Below, in pieces: positions 48,708-56,872 of a DNA stretch of 64,000 nt. Made by a program: the position numbers and the translations under genes. The stretch spans positions 288,001 through 352,000 of the IMG/VR virus record IMGVR_UViG_3300027740_000003. The stretch is one strand, 5' to 3'. This DNA is from a virus. Lineage: Duplodnaviria; Caudoviricetes. The notes beneath the pieces are model-generated. The model made no database searches. It was not told the origin of the DNA and was given only the letters and a program-made list of their open reading frames with translations. How positions within the stretch are numbered: the first letter of the stretch is position 1; each line of letters starts with the position of its first letter.

Positions 48708-50335
48708 TATAGCCCCATTATGATTTTTGCGTTCATAAATCCACCAGCGGCAACTTCATCTGTCTTTTCAGCATATTGTCTGCTCTTCAACTGAACTTGA
48801 CCATATTCATCAATATATACCTTGTCAGCAGGTAGTCCGGTTGTAGCCTCAACAACATTACCTCCAATCTTAATTGTCTTCATCCTTGGAGTAGCTTTTG
48901 CTTCTTTCTTAACTCCATTTAATGCTTCCATGTAAAGATCAAACGCATACTTTGTAGCCGTCTCATCACCTGTGGCCGCTAATGCTTTAAACGCATCTCC
49001 TGCCCTAACAATGTCCCCAACCTCACATGCCGCCTGAACCTCTTTTATAAGACCAGCTGGATTAGTTAAATCATATCCTAAAGCCATCGATGATGAATTA
49101 ATATCATTGGCTCCAAGAGCACTTCTAATTCCATCCTTATCAAAATTCTCTGGACCAGATGCTGTCAATACCATTCTAGGAGGCATCGCCCTACCATTAT
49201 CTACCTTAACCGGAACTTTAAATCCACTTCCCGCAACTGACACAGCATAAATAATTGAGTCATCATTAATGTTCGCAACCTTAACCTGAACATTGCTATA
49301 TCCAAGAGCCTCTAAACCATTCTGAACCCAATATCTGCCCATTCCAACAGCCTTTTGTCCAAATACAAACTCGGCCTGGCCTGCCACTGACCCTAACTGC
49401 TCAGCAAATGTTCTCGTCTGCTTGCTCTCTGGAAGTTGAACTGCCTTTGTCTCAGCATCTACCTTCTGATATAGAATCCCTTCGGGTGTAAGGTTGTTTC
49501 CACCTGTCTTTGCTTTAAAAGACATTACAGCTGCATCTACTGCGTCTAAACCTTCTGTGTCCGGCTCACCAGCCGCTATTGCTTTTGCTTTTTTGATAAT
49601 ATTGAATATCTGTTCTGAATTAACTCTATAATTCTTTCCGGCAGTCCTAACAACATGATCTTCAATTAATTTGTGATTAAGATTCTCAAATCCTGCTGGA
49701 GTAAGAAAAACAGTTGGAATCAACGCATTTTTATTAATAACCTCAACTGGAATCAATACCGAAGATTTGCCTCTAGGAGTCTCATAAGTTGCCTGGCAAA
49801 GAACAGCATAATCCCTGCCATCAACCGTCTGAACCACAGGATCTCCTGGTAGAGACGCGGCTACAAGTTTTTCTGCTTTCTTTGCAACTGTAGGATCATA
49901 TGCTTTATATGTGGTATTTTTATCAAAAGCCGCTTCTAATTCAGCTACCAAACCCTGATCAGCATGACGAGAATAAAGGTCTTCTATTGTCTGCCCTTCT
50001 TTTGCACTACGTCTGGTTTGTGCAGGTTCCGGAAGATTATGAGCTTTTAATCCAAGCTCTTCTTCTAGATATGCGGCACATTTTGTATTGCTGGTATAAA
50101 GGCTGTTGTATACATCAGCTAATTCTGCTCTGGTTATTAAATGACCACCGGGAGCATTTGATCTTCGACTAAGAAAATTAGCCATCTGAACAATTGTTTG
50201 ATCTTGTCCATTTTGCTGTGCTGCTTTTGTTAAACGCGAGGCCAGTCTGGCTGTAAAAAATCTATCAGCAGCAGCCATCTTGTTGCTCAGCTCAGATACA
50301 AAGTTTCTAAAATCCTGTATGCTTCTGGGGTCCAT
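48707..50335 (-). CDS. Hypothetical virion-module protein
   Basis: 542 aa, AGGA RBS. Confidence 0.65.
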   Translation of the reverse strand: MDPRSIQDFRNFVSELSNKMAAADRFFTARLASRLTKAAQQNGQDQTIVQMANFLSRRSNAPGGHLITRAELADVYNSLYTSNTKCAAYLEEELGLKAHNLPEPAQTRRSAKEGQTIEDLYSRHADQGLVAELEAAFDKNTTYKAYDPTVAKKAEKLVAASLPGDPVVQTVDGRDYAVLCQATYETPRGKSSVLIPVEVINKNALIPTVFLTPAGFENLNHKLIEDHVVRTAGKNYRVNSEQIFNIIKKAKAIAAGEPDTEGLDAVDAAVMSFKAKTGGNNLTPEGILYQKVDAETKAVQLPESKQTRTFAEQLGSVAGQAEFVFGQKAVGMGRYWVQNGLEALGYSNVQVKVANINDDSIIYAVSVAGSGFKVPVKVDNGRAMPPRMVLTASGPENFDKDGIRSALGANDINSSSMALGYDLTNPAGLIKEVQAACEVGDIVRAGDAFKALAATGDETATKYAFDLYMEALNGVKKEAKATPRMKTIKIGGNVVEATTGLPADKVYIDEYGQVQLKSRQYAEKTDEVAAGGFMNAKIIMGL

Positions 50336-50377
50336 ATTAATAAATCCTATTAGGTGTTCTAAAATAATGCATAGATA

Positions 50378-50836
50378 TTAGCTTCCCACAAGTTCCGGAA
50401 ACTTATTCAATAATTCCGCTTTTTCTGCTGCCCCAACTTCTCCAAGCAACAGCGCTCTAAATTCTGTATCCTTTTCCAACCTTACAGACGCATTTTTACA
50501 AAATGCAGATAACTCTCCTTCTGGAGCTGCCAGTCTAACAACAGGCTCGCCCTTATAGAAGATATTCATTGTTTTGCCTCTTGCATCAGGAACCACGTCC
50601 CATGAAGACATAGAGGTCATTTTTGGATTGTCATAATCATATTTGGCAACAATAACATCCCCATCATCCGTGTTCTGAATCTCCCAAAGACCATCAATGT
50701 CCTCAGATGCATCCATAAAACGAACTACGTTGAAAGCTACCTTCTCTAATCTATGCTCTACATCTTTTAGAAGAAATGCTTTTGGTGCCGTTAAATTCTT
50801 TTCTAACTCTGTATAATCAATAGAATATTTATTCAT
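50378..50836 (-). CDS. Hypothetical protein
   Basis: 152 aa, AGGTG RBS. Confidence 0.65.
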   Translation of the reverse strand: MNKYSIDYTELEKNLTAPKAFLLKDVEHRLEKVAFNVVRFMDASEDIDGLWEIQNTDDGDVIVAKYDYDNPKMTSMSSWDVVPDARGKTMNIFYKGEPVVRLAAPEGELSAFCKNASVRLEKDTEFRALLLGEVGAAEKAELLNKFPELVGS

Positions 50837-50942
50837 TAATTCACCTGGTTCTAGCTAGCTATAATTTATATGCCAATTAAGTAGTTATGTATTATCTATA
50901 TCTTTTTCTTCGATTTAATATATGCTCTTTCCTTATTAAGGA

Positions 50943-51452
50943 TTAAAAATCATTAACTTCTCGAAGTTTTTTTAGAATAATTTGAATTTGTTCATCTTCC
51001 TCCGCAGCACGGGATAGCTTTTTTTTTGAACCACCATAGTTAATACGATTACCATTTTTCCCGTCTTTTCCTTTATTTTCATCTTTTCCTTTATTATAAT
51101 CGCAATTACCGTTCATACTTTTAGTTATTGAACTCTGGTTAACAGATAACAATTTTGCAATCTCAGTCTGGGTTAGTTTCTGACAATAAAGAGTAATTAC
51201 TTCTTTTTGCCTGCTTGTTAATTTTGTATCAACAAGTCTCCAGAAAGCTAGTCTTAATTCCTCTTTCAGTTCCTCCTCTTCTTCATTATAAGCAAATGGA
51301 TTAAGCATAGAGGCCATACCATCATCTTCCATTGCCCTAGTAATCACTTCAGGCGAAACACTAATTTCCAGCAAATTGCTTTGGTAATGATCTGATCTAT
51401 TTTTTGTTCTATCTATGTGTTGTGGGAAATCTGCTCTGAATTTTTTTTCCAT
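50943..51452 (-). CDS. Sigma-70 region-4-like HTH protein (possible phage transcription factor)
   Basis: LTSRQKEVITLYCQKLTQTEIAKLLSVNQSSIT. Confidence 0.65.
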   Translation of the reverse strand: MEKKFRADFPQHIDRTKNRSDHYQSNLLEISVSPEVITRAMEDDGMASMLNPFAYNEEEEELKEELRLAFWRLVDTKLTSRQKEVITLYCQKLTQTEIAKLLSVNQSSITKSMNGNCDYNKGKDENKGKDGKNGNRINYGGSKKKLSRAAEEDEQIQIILKKLREVNDF

Positions 51453-52246
51453 AAACTCTCCCGAAATAAGTTGTGTTCCTTATCCTTGCAAAGATATATA
51501 TCCACATCTTTGTATTCTTGTGGCAAAGAAATAGTTTTTATCTCAGCCTTGTCTACAAATCGTTTTATTATTTTACTGCTACTGTTCTGTCCAGCAAAAT
51601 CATTATCTAATAACAAGTATATATTATTCGTATATCTTTTCAATAAATATAAATGATATTTTGTAAAAGCAGATCCTCCCAAAGCAACAACGTTCCTATA
51701 TCCAAATCTATGGCAAGAAATGCAGTCAAATTGCCCTTCAACAATAATTACATAATCTTCCTCCAATATATATTTCTTTGCTTCATATAATCCAAATAAA
51801 TTAATTCCTTTAATTATAGAAGTGTTTTTATATTTAGATATTTTTAATTCCTTCATTTCTTTGTCTGGCAAAAAAGTTCTGCCTACGAGCCCAATAATAT
51901 TACCATAAACATCTTTATAAGGCATAATAAGATTATGATTTTTCAATTTGCCACAATATACCATTTCAGGTTGGCCAGAATCATAAACGCATTTTTTGTA
52001 TATTACACCAAGTTTTTCTAATTCTTCTGGTTTAATATAATAGAATAATTCGTTTAATTGATCATTGGTAGGAAAGTATCCAAATTGAAAACCTTGGATA
52101 AAAAAAGAGGGAACGCGAGATTTTAGGTAATCCCGGGTTCCCTTAGCAATATCAGAGTGTTGGAGAATAGTATAGCAAGCAGACATCAATTCTGCAAATT
52201 TTTCTGAATTTTGCAGATTAAGTTTATATAAGTCTCGAATATCCAT
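51413..52246 (-). CDS. dnaG: DNA primase, DnaG catalytic core (TOPRIM)
   Basis: IIGLVGR, SKYKNT, LFGL, IVEGQFD and LLLDNDFAG; no N-terminal CHC2 zinc finger. Confidence 0.85.
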   Translation of the reverse strand: MDIRDLYKLNLQNSEKFAELMSACYTILQHSDIAKGTRDYLKSRVPSFFIQGFQFGYFPTNDQLNELFYYIKPEELEKLGVIYKKCVYDSGQPEMVYCGKLKNHNLIMPYKDVYGNIIGLVGRTFLPDKEMKELKISKYKNTSIIKGINLFGLYEAKKYILEEDYVIIVEGQFDCISCHRFGYRNVVALGGSAFTKYHLYLLKRYTNNIYLLLDNDFAGQNSSSKIIKRFVDKAEIKTISLPQEYKDVDIYLCKDKEHNLFRESLWKKNSEQISHNT

Positions 52247-52484
52247 TGATTCCGCTTTCTATATGCCAACCTCCTTCTGGGCACGCATCTCGAAATTTAA
52301 AAACAACCAACTTGTTATTCTGATCGTGGCCGGCAGCAATTTCTTTAGAGATCCGATGTAGGCCACAAGAACAGTGGTTCACCTCGTAATTGACTCCTTT
52401 ATGTTTTCCACCACAATGATGCACTTCATGTTTCCCATTAATATGATGAATATGATGGAAAAACCATAATATATCCGTGTTCAT
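52224..52484 (-). CDS. His/Cys-rich small protein
   Basis: HHIHH...HHC...HCSCGLH; probably metal-binding. Confidence 0.55.
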   Translation of the reverse strand: MNTDILWFFHHIHHINGKHEVHHCGGKHKGVNYEVNHCSCGLHRISKEIAAGHDQNNKLVVFKFRDACPEGGWHIESGINGYSRLI

Positions 52485-52505
52485 ATTTAAATCTATAACT
52501 CTTGA

Positions 52506-53081
52506 TTATTCAATGATATCCTTTATCATCATATTGTCTAGTATCTCTTGTTCAAATTCTTTCCAATCAGGACATAATGCTATTACGGCTATATTATATC
52601 CAGATTGTTCTATTGCAGTTTTTTGAAGTTCTTTTGAAGGGTTCTTTATAAATTGAACAGAATTTCCGTTCTGTTTAACTGCTTCTAATTGTACTTCTTC
52701 GGGAGGATTCTTTATAAATCGAATAGAATTTCCATTTTGTTTAACCGCTAATAATTGCATTTCCTTTGAAGGGTTCTTTATAAGTTGAATAGAATATCCA
52801 TATTGTTTAACTGCTTCTAATTTTATTTCTTTAGAAGGGTTCTTTATATATTGAATAGAATTTCCATTTTGTCTAACTGCTTCTAATTTAGCTTCTTCTG
52901 AAGGATTCTTTATATATTGAATAGAATATGCATTTCGTTTAACCGTTAATAATTGCATTTCCTTTGAAGGATTTTTTATATATTGAATAAAATATACGTT
53001 TTGTTTAATTGCCTTTAAACAACCTGCTTCATTTTCAGGATCAAAACCAATAACTTTTATAATTTCCTTTTTAAGATCCAT
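52506..53081 (-). CDS. 22-aa helical repeat protein (DUF4116-like) with C-terminal IKDIIE
   Basis: Six repeats of type NGNSIQYIKNPSEEVQLEAVKQ; start set at MDLKK. Confidence 0.75.
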   Translation of the reverse strand: MDLKKEIIKVIGFDPENEAGCLKAIKQNVYFIQYIKNPSKEMQLLTVKRNAYSIQYIKNPSEEAKLEAVRQNGNSIQYIKNPSKEIKLEAVKQYGYSIQLIKNPSKEMQLLAVKQNGNSIRFIKNPPEEVQLEAVKQNGNSVQFIKNPSKELQKTAIEQSGYNIAVIALCPDWKEFEQEILDNMMIKDIIE

Positions 53082-53878
53082 TTTACTCTTTACTTCCGCC
53101 AAGGTTCAGTCTTAGCATTTGAGCAATGGGAGGAGGAAGATGCGTCATCTCCACGCCACAAGGGCACATGATAGCTCCATTCCTTGCTATAGACGGTTTC
53201 ACGGTCTGCCCACACCGTTGGCACTGCACAGTGAAAGCTTTGTTTACAGGCCTGTTATGAGCCGTTTGGCCCATTGATTTCATCGACACCTTCATGAAAT
53301 GAGTGACGCCTTTTATTACCTTGCCACATGAGCCACAAATTACCTCATTAGTTGCTGTATTTAAAAGGTGTTCCCCCGATTCAAAGCAACCCTTGTTATC
53401 ACACGTTATTAAGATTCCCATGTTTTTCTCCTACATAATATATATCAGAAATTTTATTCGATTATATCCTTTATTATCATGTTGTCTAAAATTTCTTCAG
53501 CAAATTCTTCCCAATCTGGACATAACATTATTATTTTAATATCATATTTAGATTGTTCTATTGCTAATTTTTGAACTTCTTTAGAAGAATTCCTTATAAA
53601 TCTAATAGAATTTCCGTTCTGTTTAACTGCTTCTAATTGTACTTCTTCGGGAGGGTTCTTTATAAAAAAAACAGAATCTCCTCTTTGTCTAACAGCTGCT
53701 AATTGTACTTCTTTAGAAGGATTTTTTATATATTGAATAGAAAGCGCATATTGTTTAACTGCTTCTAATTTTATTTCTTTAGAAGGGTTCTTTATATATT
53801 GAATAGAATTTCCATTTTGTCTAACTGCTTCTAATTTAGCTTCTTCTGAAGGATTCTTTATATATTGAATAGAATATG
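52799..53878. repeat. 132-nt identical direct repeat (52799-52930 and 53747-53878)
   Basis: Manual alignment; extends a further 14 nt after one mismatch. Confidence 0.85.
53083..53421 (-). CDS. Double zinc-ribbon protein
   Basis: CDNKGC, CGSC, CQRC, CPC; AGGAG RBS. Confidence 0.7.
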   Translation of the reverse strand: MGILITCDNKGCFESGEHLLNTATNEVICGSCGKVIKGVTHFMKVSMKSMGQTAHNRPVNKAFTVQCQRCGQTVKPSIARNGAIMCPCGVEMTHLPPPIAQMLRLNLGGSKE

Positions 53879-54041
53879 TATTTCGTTTAACCGCTTCTAA
53901 TTGCATTTCCTTTGAAAGATTTTTTATATATTGAACACAATTACCATTTCGATTAATAGCTTCAAAACAAGATAATTCATTATCAGGATCAAATCCTATA
54001 ATTTTTATATACAATTTTTTCAATTTATCTTTAGCTAACAT
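53454..54041 (-). CDS. Second 22-aa repeat protein (DUF4116-like) with C-terminal IKDIIE
   Basis: Paralog of 52506-53081 with six repeats and the same termini. Confidence 0.75.
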   Translation of the reverse strand: MLAKDKLKKLYIKIIGFDPDNELSCFEAINRNGNCVQYIKNLSKEMQLEAVKRNTYSIQYIKNPSEEAKLEAVRQNGNSIQYIKNPSKEIKLEAVKQYALSIQYIKNPSKEVQLAAVRQRGDSVFFIKNPPEEVQLEAVKQNGNSIRFIRNSSKEVQKLAIEQSKYDIKIIMLCPDWEEFAEEILDNMIIKDIIE

Positions 54042-55011
54042 TGTTTTCTTTTTCTAATAGTTCAATCAATTTAGAACAATCATCTGGATAATTTACATTT
54101 ATATTAAATATATGGCTGTTTTGATTGCCAGGCCCATATCCTTTCATTCCCATTTTTGTTCCATTTTTAGTCCCGGGATGAATCTTTAAAACTCTCTCTC
54201 CTTTAATTGTTTTTACCTTAACAGACTTTCCTTTTAAAGCTTCCAACAAAGAAATACTAATATTGGTCTCAATATTTTCCCCATCATCATCTAATCGCAT
54301 ATCCGGATCTTCCTCGACATGAACCAATACCTTTAAAGGACCATAATGATCTTGGTATCTTCCATTAATAAATCCCTGTGATGATCCTAGATAATTTCCT
54401 GCGCCATCAGCTGCAACAACAAACTTGTCTCGTAATGGGAAAGGAAGTTCAAAATCAATTGATACAGATTGTTTAACAGACCCGCCTCCATTACATTTAT
54501 CACAATCTATATTTTCTTTACCAGATCCTCCGCAGAAATTGCATACAATCATTTGTTGCATATTTCCTCTTTGGAATATTTTTCCTCCTTTACCATCACA
54601 ATGTGTACATTTGTTATTTCCTTTATGGTTTCCTTGCCCATTACAAGCGCTGCACTTTACATATTTATCATATGACACAGATCTCTTTGCCCCAACCATT
54701 GCTTCTATAAAAGTAAGACTAACTTCAACAACAGGATCTGGATATCTCTTTGGCCCACGGCTTTGATGAAACGAAGATATATTAATAAAATCTGCTATAT
54801 CTACCGGAAATCCGCCAAAATTACGTTCTGGTCTAGGATTTTCTAGAGTGGTTTTGGCTTCATTTATTTTTTTAAACTTCGCTTCTGCATCTGGAGATTT
54901 GTTTTTATCCGGATGCCATTCTTTTGCAAGTCTACGAAATGCTTGATTAATATCCTCCTTGCTTGCGCCGGGGGAAATACCAAGTTCTGAATATGCTTCT
55001 TCTGGTGTCAT
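54031..55011 (-). CDS. dnaJ: DnaJ chaperone
   Basis: J domain with HPD; four CxxCxGxG repeats; C-terminal domain. Confidence 0.92.
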   Translation of the reverse strand: MTPEEAYSELGISPGASKEDINQAFRRLAKEWHPDKNKSPDAEAKFKKINEAKTTLENPRPERNFGGFPVDIADFINISSFHQSRGPKRYPDPVVEVSLTFIEAMVGAKRSVSYDKYVKCSACNGQGNHKGNNKCTHCDGKGGKIFQRGNMQQMIVCNFCGGSGKENIDCDKCNGGGSVKQSVSIDFELPFPLRDKFVVAADGAGNYLGSSQGFINGRYQDHYGPLKVLVHVEEDPDMRLDDDGENIETNISISLLEALKGKSVKVKTIKGERVLKIHPGTKNGTKMGMKGYGPGNQNSHIFNINVNYPDDCSKLIELLEKENNVS

Positions 55012-55012
55012 A

Positions 55013-55679
55013 TTACCAATTGCCCTTCATCCAATTCTTTAAACTCCATATTTTTCCAGTTTTATGATCTACTACATTATCATCTTTTTCTCGATATGTT
55101 CTAACTTTATCTCCACGCATTCCAGAACCAACTTGGTTCTTCCTATTAGCGTTTCTATTATTAACTAATTCTTCTTTTTTTATAGCTTCTATTTTTTGAG
55201 ACAAAATAGCCAATGCTAATCTTTTACTCTGATATTGAGACTTTTCGTCTATTTTAACAGATATGCCTGTTGGAATATGTGTAGCAACAATACAACTATT
55301 TGTTGTATTTCTGTGTTGACCTCCAGGACCAGAACCTCGCTGATCTCTAATATCTATTTGGGACATATCAAGATTATTGATATTAAACTCTAATGGTTCC
55401 AAAACAGCCACAGTTATTGTTGATGTGTGAATTCTTCCTTTTTTATCTGTTGGAGAGCTTCTTTGGAACCTATGCCCTCCTGATTCATTTTTAAATATTT
55501 CTTTTACATTATTGCCAGAAAACAAAACAGATATAAAACCAGATTTTTTATCTAATAAAGAATAGTCAAAGACGCTCCCGCACTGCAACTTTCACATATA
55601 CTCCAAGCATATCTTCAACTAAGAGTTTTGCATCATCTCCGCCTTCTGCTGCTTTTATTTCTATTACTATCGATTGCAT
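55013..55679 (-). CDS. Class I peptide chain release factor lacking domain 1, expressed via +1 frameshift (about 221 aa)
   Basis: AGGAG RBS, then ATG 55679 MQSIVIEIKAAEGGDDAKLL...VRERL ending CTT TGA. The +1 frame continues DYSLL...ESGGHRFQRSSPTDKKGRIHTS...GSGPGGQHRN. Confidence 0.85.
55565..55580 (-). promoter_or_regulatory. RF2-type programmed +1 frameshift site
   Basis: CGG GAG CGT CTT TGA C: SD-like GGGAG three bases before CTT-TGA-C, the geometry of bacterial prfB (AGG GGG TAT CTT TGA C). Confidence 0.85.
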
Positions 55680-55693
55680 ATTGGTCTCCTACC

Positions 55694-55909
55694 TTATTCT
55701 ATTATATCCTTTATCATCAGATCAATTTCAGACAATTTTTCAAAACAACCATCGTTAACCAATACGCGAAAATATTCAATATCTCTTAGATGTCTAACAT
55801 AATTAAATTCTCTAAATTTATATTCAAACTCATAAAATCTACCAAAATTTGTTAGTTTATACAATATACCTTGATGAAAAGGTATGAAAAAACATATTAT
55901 TAACATCAC
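55694..55909 (-). CDS. Small hypothetical protein ending in IKDIIE
   Basis: 71 aa; ends IDLMIKDIIE. Confidence 0.55.
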   Translation of the reverse strand: MMLIICFFIPFHQGILYKLTNFGRFYEFEYKFREFNYVRHLRDIEYFRVLVNDGCFEKLSEIDLMIKDIIE

Positions 55910-55945
55910 AACAACACTTTTGTTTGCATAAATAATATTCTGGCT

Positions 55946-56248
55946 TCACTCAATAATATCCTTTATCATCAAGTTATCTAATATCTCTTGTTCAAATTCT
56001 TCATCAAAATTTTGCCAATCTGGGCACATAAAAACAACCCAACAATCATATTTACTTTCTCTAATTAATGATTTTTGAAAATTAATTGACGGATTTTTAA
56101 TTCCCATACCCCTACCACCTATATATGTGCTAGTAATAGAAATTCCATAAACATTTTTCTTTTTTAAACGATCTTCATAAGTAGATTCTGCCCAAGTCTT
56201 ACATAATTTGTTTTTTACCACTTGTTTTAGTTTTTCTGACATTTCCAA
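55946..56248 (-). CDS. Small protein with one repeat unit and the IKDIIE tail
   Basis: IKNPSINFQK...CPDWQNF...ILDNLMIKDIIE. Confidence 0.65.
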   Translation of the reverse strand: MEMSEKLKQVVKNKLCKTWAESTYEDRLKKKNVYGISITSTYIGGRGMGIKNPSINFQKSLIRESKYDCWVVFMCPDWQNFDEEFEQEILDNLMIKDIIE

Positions 56249-56777
56249 TATCCAATGCGGCTTGAGCTAACGCAACGGCTATAGAATCAGCCATATCATA
56301 ATTCTCATCAGCCGGCTTTCCTTTTTTATTCAATTTCCAAGGAAAATCTGTTTTTAAAATCGCTGCCACTACTAAAGGTACATCTTCTTTTGCCAGCTTA
56401 CCAGAATAGTCTTTTGGTCGAAGTATGCTTCTTGCGGTGTTTACGTTAACCATCACCGGTGGCTTTTGCAAGGCCTCGTACACCGTTAGGCCCACCATCC
56501 TATTATAAGTTGCCAATTTTATTATCGTTTTAGATGTACTCCTCCCAGGTGCAAAAAATTCAGCAATCTCTTCAATCGCCACTACATCAGGATTCCATTC
56601 TTTTAATAATTCAATAATATATTTTTTTGTTTTAGATAAGCTTTCAAATAAATCACATTTCTTATCTGGTTTATAATATTTGCAATCTTTTAATTCAAAT
56701 AAACCGTTGTCAGATTGAATTAATGATAAGCCAATTGTTGTACTAGAACAGTCTATGCCTAAATAAAGTTTCGCCAT
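56199..56777 (-). CDS. ruvC: RuvC-like Holliday junction resolvase
   Basis: LGIDCSSTTIG, VAIEE and DMADSIAVA acidic residues; start set at MAKLY. Confidence 0.75.
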   Translation of the reverse strand: MAKLYLGIDCSSTTIGLSLIQSDNGLFELKDCKYYKPDKKCDLFESLSKTKKYIIELLKEWNPDVVAIEEIAEFFAPGRSTSKTIIKLATYNRMVGLTVYEALQKPPVMVNVNTARSILRPKDYSGKLAKEDVPLVVAAILKTDFPWKLNKKGKPADENYDMADSIAVALAQAALDIGNVRKTKTSGKKQIM

Positions 56778-56814
56778 ATACATATATATAACATATGTAG
56801 TTCCGTGTTGATTA

Positions 56815-56849
56815 ATAACAACAAGGGAGAACATAATTATGCTCTCCCT
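56815..56849 (-). terminator. Probable intrinsic terminator after the SSB gene
   Basis: Minus strand AGGGAGAGCAT-AATT-ATGTTCTCCCT followed by TGTTGTT. Confidence 0.6.
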
Positions 56850-56872
56850 CATTATCATTTGTTCAATTTTAT

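Noticed and set aside
52506-54041. 66-nt periodic repeats as a possible CRISPR array
   Set aside because: In-frame degenerate coding repeats without unique spacers, and no cas genes.
55013-55679. Stop-codon reassignment implied by a phage release factor
   Set aside because: Long genes are intact in code 11 and TGA terminates several genes; the only internal stop found is the frameshift site.
55566-55679. Release factor as a pseudogene
   Set aside because: The break coincides exactly with the SD plus CTT-TGA-C signal, and both parts retain their motifs.
52500-55975. Similarity of IKDIIE DNA (ATAAAGGATA) to the omegaRNA 5' end (ATAAAAGGATTA)
   Set aside because: Short AT-rich match with none of the downstream scaffold.
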